36,297 nucleotides of DNA from Cryomorphaceae bacterium (GTDB taxonomy: Bacteria; Bacteroidota; Bacteroidia; Flavobacteriales; BACL11): assembly GCA_014384505.1 (NCBI GenBank), contig JACNFT010000081.1, positions 1-36,297 on the forward strand, given 5' to 3'. The position numbers were made by a program, and so were the translations under genes. The notes below the pieces were generated by a model that was not told the DNA's origin, made no database searches, and worked only from the letters and a program-made list of their open reading frames with translations. Below, piece after piece: positions 10,666 to 18,991 of this stretch (its first letter is position 1; every line of letters starts with the position of its first letter).

Positions 10666-10845
10666 ATGACATCAGTATTATTATTAGGAATGATTGGCCC
10701 ATGGCAAATTGTACTTATTGTATTGGTTTTTTTATTAATGTTTGGCGGTAAAAAAATACCAGAATTAATGAAAGGATTAGGAAAGGGAATGAAAGAATTC
10801 AAGGAGGCAACTAAAGATTTGAAAGAAGATAATAAGAAAGATTAA
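10666..10845 (+). CDS. tatA: Twin-arginine translocase TatA/TatE subunit (59 aa; absent from ORF track)
   Basis: Manual translation [59 protein letters not shown]; contains the hallmark FGxKKxPEL..GLG..EFK. Confidence 0.96.
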   Translation: MTSVLLLGMIGPWQIVLIVLVFLLMFGGKKIPELMKGLGKGMKEFKEATKDLKEDNKKD

Positions 10846-10857
10846 TTCCTTTAAAAT

Positions 10858-12282
10858 TTGACAACTTTCCGTTCCTTTAAACAAGTGCAAAGCGCGCTTT
10901 CAAACCAGTTAACTACTTGTGTTGAAATAACCAATTCTTATCTGCAAAAAATTGAAGAGCATAATCACTTAAATGCTTTTGTTGAGGTGTATACTGATGA
11001 GGCTTTGAGTCAGGCTTTAGCTGTAGATAAAAAATTAGAAAGTGGTAATGCTGGTAAATTGGCAGGAATGGTTATTGGAATAAAAGATAACCTTTGCTAT
11101 AAGGGTCATAAAGTTTCGGCTTCTTCTAAAATTTTAGATGGTTTTGAATCCTTATTTAGCGCTACCGTTATTGATAGATTATTAGCTGAAGATGCGATAA
11201 TTATTGGTAGACTTAACTGTGATGAGTTTGCAATGGGTTCAGCTAATGAAAATACAATATACGGAACTGTAAAAAACCCACTAGATAATACAAAAGTAGC
11301 TGGCGGAAGTTCAGGTGGTTCGGCAGCTGCAGTTGCAGCAGGGCTTTGTTTAGCTACATTAGGAAGTGATACTGGAGGATCAATCAGACAGCCAGCAGCA
11401 TTTTGTGGTATTGTTGGTTTAAAGCCTACATATTCTCGTGTCTCTCGTTATGGTTTAATTGCATACGCATCTTCATTCGACCAGATAGGACCTTTAACAA
11501 ATACAGTTCAGGATTCAGCATTATTACTTGAAGTTATTGCTGGGGAAGATGAGTTTGATAGTACAGTTTCTAGAAGGAAGGTTGAACAATATACTAAAGC
11601 ACCACTCTGCGATAGTCCTAAGCGCATTGCTTATATAAAAGAATGCTTAGATAGCAAAGGGTTAGATCCAGAGATAAAACAAGTTATTGAAAATAAAATT
11701 GAAGAATTAAAAGCAGAAGGGCATATAGTTGAGCCAATTTCTTTTTCCTATTTAGATTATTTGGTACCTACCTATTATGTAATTACAACTGCTGAGGCAT
11801 CATCTAATTTAGCGCGTTTTGACGGTGTCCATTATGGATATAGAAGTGAAAATATTACTAATCTTGAAAGCACTTACATAAATAGTAGGACCGAAGGTTT
11901 TGGTGAGGAGGTAAAAAGAAGAATTATGTTAGGTACTTTTGTTTTGAGTGCAGGCTATCATGATGCCTACTTTACCAAAGCACAGAAAATTAGACGTCTA
12001 ATTCAACACAAGACTAATGAAATGTTTAAGGATTATGATTTCGTAATCTCACCAACGACCCCTCATACACCTTTTGCAATAGGGACAAAACATACTGACC
12101 CAACAATAATGTATTTGGAAGATATTTTTACTGTACAAGCAAATCTTGCTGGTAATCCTGCTATTTCAATCCCTATTGAAAATCATTCCAATGGAATGTC
12201 AATTGGACTACACATAATGGCTGATAATTTTAGGGAATCTGATTTATTAGCTTTTTCTAAATACATGAATAAGGAAGGATAA
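10858..12282 (+). CDS. gatA: Asp-tRNA(Asn)/Glu-tRNA(Gln) amidotransferase subunit A
   Basis: TTG start; GIKDN, CDEFAMGS, GGSSGGSAAAV, GSDTGGSIRQPA, AEASSNLARFDG..YG, EVKRRIMLGTFVLSAGY. Confidence 0.96.
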   Translation: MTTFRSFKQVQSALSNQLTTCVEITNSYLQKIEEHNHLNAFVEVYTDEALSQALAVDKKLESGNAGKLAGMVIGIKDNLCYKGHKVSASSKILDGFESLFSATVIDRLLAEDAIIIGRLNCDEFAMGSANENTIYGTVKNPLDNTKVAGGSSGGSAAAVAAGLCLATLGSDTGGSIRQPAAFCGIVGLKPTYSRVSRYGLIAYASSFDQIGPLTNTVQDSALLLEVIAGEDEFDSTVSRRKVEQYTKAPLCDSPKRIAYIKECLDSKGLDPEIKQVIENKIEELKAEGHIVEPISFSYLDYLVPTYYVITTAEASSNLARFDGVHYGYRSENITNLESTYINSRTEGFGEEVKRRIMLGTFVLSAGYHDAYFTKAQKIRRLIQHKTNEMFKDYDFVISPTTPHTPFAIGTKHTDPTIMYLEDIFTVQANLAGNPAISIPIENHSNGMSIGLHIMADNFRESDLLAFSKYMNKEG

Positions 12283-12286
12283 TTAC

Positions 12287-12294
12287 TATCTTTG
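12287..12294 (+). promoter_or_regulatory. -7 promoter box (TATCTTTG), 4 nt before the ATG
   Basis: TAnnTTTG-TGCT-ATG within a 16-nt intergenic gap. Confidence 0.6.
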
Positions 12295-12298
12295 TGCT

Positions 12299-13054
12299 AT
12301 GAGATTATTCTTAATCATAGCTTTTGTTTCGTTTTCTTTTTTAGGTTTTTCACAAACTAATTTACCTTATAATGTAGGCGAGTATGCGGCATACAAAATA
12401 TCTTTTGGCGCAATTAATGTTGGATATGCTGAATTGGAGGTTAAAGAAATTACATCGGTAAACAACAAACCAAGTTTTCATATTATCGGAAAAGGTAGGA
12501 CAGCTCCTTTCTTTGATTGGGTTTTTAAGGTTCGAGACGTTTATGAAACATTTATTGACACTTCAACCCTACTCCCAATTGTATTTATTAGGGAAGTAAG
12601 AGAAGGAGGGTACTCGATAAATCAACATTATAATTTCAATCATAATAACGAAAATGTAGTTACTCAGGATAGTACATTCAAGATTCCAATTCAATCGCAA
12701 GATATGTTATCGGCTTTCTTTTATGCCAGAACTTTTAAAAAAGATAGTGTCTTAAATGTAGGCTCTTTTTATGTCCCTATTTTTATGGATGATGAAAATT
12801 ATTTTCTTGAGATTAAGTACTTAAAGAATGAAATCATTAACACTAAATGGGGGAAAGTTGATTGTATGGTTTTTCAACCTAAAATGCAAGAGGGTAGAAT
12901 TTTTGAAGATGGAGAAGAAATGAAAATATGGATCTCTGATGATAAAAATCATTTACTTTTAAGAGTAGAGACTAAGATTTGGACGGGCTTAATAAAAGCA
13001 GTTTTACAAGAGTATAAACATGTTAAATATCCTTTGTCAATAATTGAAGAATAA
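12299..13054 (+). CDS. DUF3108-like exported protein
   Basis: Signal peptide; GE..Y.I.FG, FFDWVFKVRDVYET, QDMLSAFFYAR, GRIFED.E.M.IWISDDKN, consistent with Bacteroidota DUF3108 proteins. Confidence 0.8.
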   Translation: MRLFLIIAFVSFSFLGFSQTNLPYNVGEYAAYKISFGAINVGYAELEVKEITSVNNKPSFHIIGKGRTAPFFDWVFKVRDVYETFIDTSTLLPIVFIREVREGGYSINQHYNFNHNNENVVTQDSTFKIPIQSQDMLSAFFYARTFKKDSVLNVGSFYVPIFMDDENYFLEIKYLKNEIINTKWGKVDCMVFQPKMQEGRIFEDGEEMKIWISDDKNHLLLRVETKIWTGLIKAVLQEYKHVKYPLSIIEE

Positions 13055-13092
13055 TTATGATTACAGAATTATTTAAACATTAAATTAGCAGG

Positions 13093-14313
13093 ATGAAAAA
13101 ATGGTTTGGAATACTAGTAATGGGAACAGCATTACTGTTTATGTTAGCCAACATAAATAAAGATAAAATAGCGGTGGAGAAGTTGGAGGTTATTCAAGAA
13201 ATAGTTGAACCTTCTTATGAATATAACATTCTTGTAGATTCGTTCAATGTTATAAAAGGTTCTGTAAAAAGGGGCCAAACTATGGGGGAGATTCTTTATT
13301 TGAACCATATTGATCATTTTGAAATCAATAAAATTGTTGAAAAATCAAAAGGAATATTTGATGTAAGACGAGTAAATACAGGAAAAAAATATACCGTTAT
13401 TTGTGCTTCTGATTCTACTAAAAAGGCGCAATATTTTATCTATGAAATTGACGCAACCAACTATGTTGTTTTTGATTTAAGAGGAGAAATAGATGTCTAT
13501 AAAGGAAAAAAGCCAGTAACAGTTAAATTAAAAACTGCTTCTGGAATTATAAAATCATCCCTTTGGTTAACTATGGAGGAGCAAAATCTAAGTCCTAAAT
13601 TAACAGCTGAACTTTCAACTATTTATGCTTGGACAATTGATTTTTTTAAGATTCAAAAAAATGATGGCTTTAGGGTTTATTATGAGGATAAGTATATTGA
13701 TGGGCAGTACATTGGTATTGGTAGGTTATTGGCTGCAGAGTTCACGCATAAAGGGCAAGATTTTTATTCTTTTTATTATAGAGAAAATGAGAATTTTGGC
13801 GATTATTATGACGAACAAGGAAAAACCTTACGTAAAGCATTCTTAATGGCTCCTGTAGATTACAAGCGTATTTCTTCTCGCTATAGTAAAAGACGAAAAC
13901 ATCCGGTAACAGGAAGATGGAAAGGGCATTTTGGTACTGATTATGCAGCAGAAAAAGGGACCCCTATTTGGTCGACTGCAAACGGAACAATTATAGCTGC
14001 AACTTATACAAAGAACAATGGTAATTATGTAAAAGTAAGGCATAATGGAACCTATACAACTCAGTATTTACACATGTCAAAAATAAAACCTGGAATACGA
14101 AAAGGTGTATTTGTGAAGCAAGGTGATATTATTGGTTATGTAGGTAGTACAGGCTTAGCAACTGGCCCTCATGTTTGTTATCGGTTCTGGAAAAATGGTA
14201 AGCAGGTCGATCCGTTTAAACAAAAACTACCACCTGGCGATCCTATAAAAAAGGAAAATAGAGATGCGTACATGTTAGCTAAAGATAGTTTAATGCAAAT
14301 TCTGATGAATTAA
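13093..14313 (+). CDS. M23 family peptidoglycan endopeptidase (MepM-like)
   Basis: N-terminal membrane anchor; YAWTIDF, RISSRY..RKHPV, HFGTDYAA, YLHMS, GYVGSTGLATGPHVCY. Confidence 0.92.
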   Translation: MKKWFGILVMGTALLFMLANINKDKIAVEKLEVIQEIVEPSYEYNILVDSFNVIKGSVKRGQTMGEILYLNHIDHFEINKIVEKSKGIFDVRRVNTGKKYTVICASDSTKKAQYFIYEIDATNYVVFDLRGEIDVYKGKKPVTVKLKTASGIIKSSLWLTMEEQNLSPKLTAELSTIYAWTIDFFKIQKNDGFRVYYEDKYIDGQYIGIGRLLAAEFTHKGQDFYSFYYRENENFGDYYDEQGKTLRKAFLMAPVDYKRISSRYSKRRKHPVTGRWKGHFGTDYAAEKGTPIWSTANGTIIAATYTKNNGNYVKVRHNGTYTTQYLHMSKIKPGIRKGVFVKQGDIIGYVGSTGLATGPHVCYRFWKNGKQVDPFKQKLPPGDPIKKENRDAYMLAKDSLMQILMN

Positions 14314-14321
14314 AAAATGTG

Positions 14322-17300
14322 ATGGAATCTAAAAAAAGTATATTAAAGCAGTTGTTTACCCTACTCTTTGTTATGTTCTTTTTTCTGGCAAATGCACAAA
14401 ATACTTTTATTGAAAATAAAGGTCAATTCCCAAAAGCTGTAATCTCCAAAACTCACCTTCCTTCTGGCGCTTTATATGTTGAAAAGGCAAAACTTACTTA
14501 TGCTTTTTATAATGGAAAGCAACTAGCCGATATTCATGATGGCTTAGCAGCTGACCATAGGGTTGATGCACATGCTTATTCTGTTTCATTCCTTAATGCA
14601 AATACTAATCCTAATATTCAATTGGAGGAAGAGAGTAGTTTCTTTGAAAACTATTATTTAGGGGATAAATTAACTTGGGCATCAGAGGTTAAATCCTATA
14701 AACGTCAAATCCAAAAAAGCATTTACCAAGGTGTTGATTTGTATTTGTTTGTTAATGATGATAAGTTAAAATACGAATTGTATCTTGATAAATCGGCTAA
14801 TGAAAAAGCTATCAAATTGCGCTATCAAGGGCTTAGTCAGCTTAAAATTAGTAAAGGAAATCTGGTTATCAATACGAGTGTAAATAGTATTGTTGAATAT
14901 CGTCCTTATGCTTACCAAATTATAGAGGATATTGAAGTTGAGGTGGCCTGTGTCTACCATTTAAAAAACAATATCCTTTCGTTTGATTTCCCAAATGACT
15001 ATAATAGAAATTATCCTTTAGTAATTGACCCTGTTTTAGAATTCTCCACCTATTCTGGTTCTACAACGGATAATTTCGGCTATACGGCTACCTATGATGA
15101 TTTTGGTTTTTTGTACAGTGGAAGTACTTCTTTTGGAGTAGGATATCCTACCACTTTAGGGGCTTATCAACTTAACTATGCCAATAGTGCTGGCGGTACT
15201 GATGTGGCAATAACTAAGTACGATACAAGTGGTACAATCAGAATTTACTCTACTTATTTAGGCGGAACAAAAGATGAGTTACCTCATAGTATGATTGTCA
15301 ATAGTGCTGATGAATTATTTATTTTTGGAACAACTGGCTCTGCTGATTTCCCGACTACAACCTCATCATTTCAGCCAAATTTTAATGGAGGGCCAGGATT
15401 TTCTCCGTCAGGAATTGGGGTGAGTTTCCCAGATGGATCTGATATTTTTGTTTCAAGATTAAGTACTAATGGTGGGAATTTATTGGGCTCCACTTTTTTA
15501 GGAGGATCAGATAATGATGGACTAAATACCGCTCCTAAATTAAAGTTTAATTATGCTGATGAGGTTCGGGGTGAAATTGACATTGATCAGAATAATAACA
15601 TCTACATTGCTACTTGTACACAGTCTACTGATTTTCCAATTGTTGGTGGTTTTCAAAACACAAATAAAGGAGGACAAGAAGGTTGTATTGTTAAGATGGA
15701 TAATCAACTTTCTTCAATAATTTGGAGTTCCTATTTAGGAGAAAATGCTGATGATGCTATTTATTCTTTAGCATTGGATAAAGATGATAATATTTATGTG
15801 ACAGGAGGAACAGCATCTGCTCTTTTCCCAACAACAGCTAATGCTTACCAAACTGGCCATCAGGACACCTTAAATGCAGATGCCTTTATAAGTTTAATTA
15901 GTTCAAATGGAAGTCAGATTCTTTATTCTTCCTTGTATGGTTCGCTAGCATATGACCAATCGTATTTTGTAGAAATTGGAAGTACAGATGCAGTTTATTT
16001 ATTTGGACAAACAAAAGCGAGTGATACTACTTTAGTGCAGAATGCAACTTATTTTGAAAGTGGGGCTGGTCAATTTATTGCGGTATTTACTAAGGATTTA
16101 TCAAGTATTTTACGGGCAACTGTTGTGGGGACAGGTAAAGGTAGCCCTGATATTTCTCCAACCGCTTTTTTGGTTGATGTTTGCGACAAGATCTATCTTT
16201 CGGGATGGGGTTCAAATTTAGGAGGACCATTGTCAACACTTAATTTGCCGGTAAGTCCTACTGCTTTTCAATCATCTACTGATGGAAATGATTTTTATTT
16301 AATGGTAGTTGATGATGCTTTAAGTAGCATGGTTTATGCTACCTATTTCGGAGGAAGCCAAAGCAATGAACATGTGGATGGAGGGACAAGTCGTTTTGAT
16401 AAAAAAGGTATTATTTACCAATCCGTTTGTGCAGGTTGTGGTGGTAGTTCCGATTTCCCGATAGAACCTAATCCAGGAGCCGTTTCGGTAACCAATAATA
16501 GCCCAAATTGTAACAATGGAGTCTTTAAATTCAACTTTGATTTCCCAATGGTAATAGCTGACTTTAATTCTTCTTGGCTTGGTTGCGATACTAATGTCAG
16601 TTTTCAAAATTTAAGTATCTCTAACTCACCAATAACTTATCAATGGGATTTTGGAGATGCTACTACTTCAAGTTTGGAAAATCCAACTCATAATTACGCT
16701 CAAGCAGGCAGTTATAGCGTTACCTTAATTGCTACTTCTTCAGGAGCTTGTAATGTGTCGGATACGATAACAAAACAAGTATATATATTAGCTAATGCTT
16801 CTGATACGATTCCGAGTATTTTAAAATGTAAAAACGATCTAATTCAAATTGGCTTACTTCCTGTTAACGATCCTACAATATCTTATTTGTGGTCTCCTGG
16901 AACTGACTTAAGTAGTGCCAATGTTTCCAATCCTTTTTGCAATTCACCAACAAGTATTAGCTATCAACTACTAATATCCAACGGAAGTTGTACGGACACC
17001 TTAACGCAAACTATAATTATACCTAGTTTTTTCTTAGATGCTGGTGAGGATACTGCTTACTGTAATACCCCTATAACATTACGAGCGAGTTATAGCGGTG
17101 CAACTGACATACTTTGGTCCTCTAATATTAATTTTACTGATACACTAAGCCTTACCGATAGCTTAACGATTGCAAGTATTGCCCAATTTTATGTAAAAGT
17201 TACTGATGGAATCTGTGAGCAGGTGGATAGTGTTCGGGTGAATGCACAAAGCATTAATTTTAATTTGATAGGTGAAGATTTATGTCAAGGTGATAGTGTC

Positions 17301-18008
17301 TTTTTGTTGGTTGAAAACCTAATGCCTAGTGTAGCAATAACTTCTTATTCATGGGAGCCATTAGCAATAACTTACAATACCGATTCTTCAAGTATTAGTA
17401 GTTATACCGACACTTCAATCTGGTATAGCGTAGAAGCGATTAATTCAGATGGTTGTATTTTAAAAGATTCCATTTTTATTCAAATTTTTGACAATCCAAT
17501 TTTGGATTCTTTATGGTTAGATAAGGATATAATTTTCAGAGGGGAATCGACTTATTTAAATATTAAAACTGATGATAGTTTTGTTTGGTATAACTTTACT
17601 AGCACCTCCAATTCAGTGTTGGTTCAACCGATACAAAATGAGTGTTATACTGTTGAGGTTTTTAACGCCTATACTTGTAGTGTTTTGGATAGCGTTTGTA
17701 TTGTGGTGTTGGATGTATTTTGCAATGAAGATGGAATTACTATACCAACCGCATTTAGCCCTAATGAAGACGGAGTAAACGACACTTATTTTATTGTGGA
17801 TAAGGATGGAGTAGTTACTGCTTTCAAACTTGAAATATTTAACCGTTTAGGGCAAAAAGTATTTGTAGCAACAGATAAGAGTACCAAGTGGGACGGCACT
17901 TACCTTGGTAAAAAACTTAACCCTCAGGTGTTCGACTTTTATTTGGAACTTAAATGTGTGGATGATAAAACGCTCTTTAAAAAGGGAAATATCACTCTTA
18001 TCAGATGA
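14322..18008 (+). CDS. Large T9SS cargo/adhesin-like protein: beta-propeller-like repeats, PKD domain, Ig-like stalk, type B (gliding motility-associated) CTD
   Basis: Signal peptide (..ANA|Q); FIENKGQ, LVIDP.L.FSTYSGS, repeated YSTYLGG/STFLGG/SSYLG/ATYFGG; PKD YQWDFGD..ENPTHNY; CTD IPTAFSPNEDGVND..IFNRLGQKVF..WDG..KGNITLIR. Start is ATG 14322 (or GTG 14319). Confidence 0.9.
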   Translation: MESKKSILKQLFTLLFVMFFFLANAQNTFIENKGQFPKAVISKTHLPSGALYVEKAKLTYAFYNGKQLADIHDGLAADHRVDAHAYSVSFLNANTNPNIQLEEESSFFENYYLGDKLTWASEVKSYKRQIQKSIYQGVDLYLFVNDDKLKYELYLDKSANEKAIKLRYQGLSQLKISKGNLVINTSVNSIVEYRPYAYQIIEDIEVEVACVYHLKNNILSFDFPNDYNRNYPLVIDPVLEFSTYSGSTTDNFGYTATYDDFGFLYSGSTSFGVGYPTTLGAYQLNYANSAGGTDVAITKYDTSGTIRIYSTYLGGTKDELPHSMIVNSADELFIFGTTGSADFPTTTSSFQPNFNGGPGFSPSGIGVSFPDGSDIFVSRLSTNGGNLLGSTFLGGSDNDGLNTAPKLKFNYADEVRGEIDIDQNNNIYIATCTQSTDFPIVGGFQNTNKGGQEGCIVKMDNQLSSIIWSSYLGENADDAIYSLALDKDDNIYVTGGTASALFPTTANAYQTGHQDTLNADAFISLISSNGSQILYSSLYGSLAYDQSYFVEIGSTDAVYLFGQTKASDTTLVQNATYFESGAGQFIAVFTKDLSSILRATVVGTGKGSPDISPTAFLVDVCDKIYLSGWGSNLGGPLSTLNLPVSPTAFQSSTDGNDFYLMVVDDALSSMVYATYFGGSQSNEHVDGGTSRFDKKGIIYQSVCAGCGGSSDFPIEPNPGAVSVTNNSPNCNNGVFKFNFDFPMVIADFNSSWLGCDTNVSFQNLSISNSPITYQWDFGDATTSSLENPTHNYAQAGSYSVTLIATSSGACNVSDTITKQVYILANASDTIPSILKCKNDLIQIGLLPVNDPTISYLWSPGTDLSSANVSNPFCNSPTSISYQLLISNGSCTDTLTQTIIIPSFFLDAGEDTAYCNTPITLRASYSGATDILWSSNINFTDTLSLTDSLTIASIAQFYVKVTDGICEQVDSVRVNAQSINFNLIGEDLCQGDSVFLLVENLMPSVAITSYSWEPLAITYNTDSSSISSYTDTSIWYSVEAINSDGCILKDSIFIQIFDNPILDSLWLDKDIIFRGESTYLNIKTDDSFVWYNFTSTSNSVLVQPIQNECYTVEVFNAYTCSVLDSVCIVVLDVFCNEDGITIPTAFSPNEDGVNDTYFIVDKDGVVTAFKLEIFNRLGQKVFVATDKSTKWDGTYLGKKLNPQVFDFYLELKCVDDKTLFKKGNITLIR

Positions 18009-18955
18009 GAAAGATTGTCTTAATATTGATATTATCCTTTGCAGTAAATGCTTGGGCTCAGGATGTACATTTCTCTCAATTTTTAGCCAATAGTTTCGTG
18101 TTAAACCCTGCAATGGTTGGGGTACAAAAAAATGATTATAAAGCTACCCTTCACCGAAAATCACAATGGGCAAGTGTCAGTGTTCCCTTTTCAACTTTTA
18201 CTTTGGCTTTGGAAAGAAAAGATATTCTTCCTAGCCACAGTATTGGTATACAATTTCTAAACGATATTGCTGGAGATTCTCGTTTTAAAACTTCAGGATT
18301 AAATTTTACGTATGTAAAAAGTGTAGCAACAAGTTCGGAAAACTCATTTCGTTTTGGGGCAGAATTTGGTCTTTTTCAACGGTCGATTGTTGTTGATAAT
18401 TTAGTATTTAACAATCCTGAAAATTTAAGTAATTTTAATTTTACTTTCCCTGATATCTCTGTTGGAGTTGCTAATCAAAATTATTTAAATGAAGATTTAT
18501 TATTAGAAACGGGGATAGCATTTTTCCATATTAATAAACCCAAACAATCCTTTACTGATGATGATGCTGTTCGTTTGCATCAAAAAATAAATTTCCATAC
18601 GGCTCTTAATTATGCTTATACGGATAACTTGAGTATTCAACCTAAATTAGTGTTTTCTAATCAGGATACTGACAAAGAATTTTTATTGGGTTGTGGGGTT
18701 AATTATTTATTGGAAGGCGAAAAAGATATTCTTTTAAAATCAGGAATTGCTAATCGTTTTAATGATGCTCTTATTCTTTATTTTGGAGCTGAAATTGATG
18801 GTTTATCTTGCGTTGTGAGTTATGATGTAAACACTTCTAGTTTGACCAATGCAAGTAACAATAAAGGGGGATTTGAATTTGCGCTTGTGTATCAGTGGAA
18901 AAGCAAGAAAAAGATAAAAATTGTTGAACAAGAAATTTGCCCAAAATATTTATAA
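18005..18955 (+). CDS. PorP/SprF family T9SS outer-membrane beta-barrel
   Basis: AQDVHFSQF..LNPAMVG, HRKSQW, FHINKP, SYDVNTS.L..GGFE; overlaps the type B CTD gene by ATGA, the usual arrangement for this family. Confidence 0.92.
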   Translation: MRKIVLILILSFAVNAWAQDVHFSQFLANSFVLNPAMVGVQKNDYKATLHRKSQWASVSVPFSTFTLALERKDILPSHSIGIQFLNDIAGDSRFKTSGLNFTYVKSVATSSENSFRFGAEFGLFQRSIVVDNLVFNNPENLSNFNFTFPDISVGVANQNYLNEDLLLETGIAFFHINKPKQSFTDDDAVRLHQKINFHTALNYAYTDNLSIQPKLVFSNQDTDKEFLLGCGVNYLLEGEKDILLKSGIANRFNDALILYFGAEIDGLSCVVSYDVNTSSLTNASNNKGGFEFALVYQWKSKKKIKIVEQEICPKYL

Positions 18956-18979
18956 TAAGATGAGGTACAAAAAATTAAC

Positions 18980-18987
18980 TACCTTTG
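18980..18987 (+). promoter_or_regulatory. -7 promoter box (TACCTTTG), 4 nt before the ATG
   Basis: TAnnTTTG-GTAA-ATG within a 36-nt intergenic gap. Confidence 0.6.
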
Positions 18988-18991
18988 GTAA

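Noticed and set aside
13057-13083. Mini-ORF MITELFKH* between the DUF3108-like and M23 genes
   Set aside because: Eight codons with no attenuator structure or informative codon run. It could be a deletion remnant, but that cannot be supported without synteny data.
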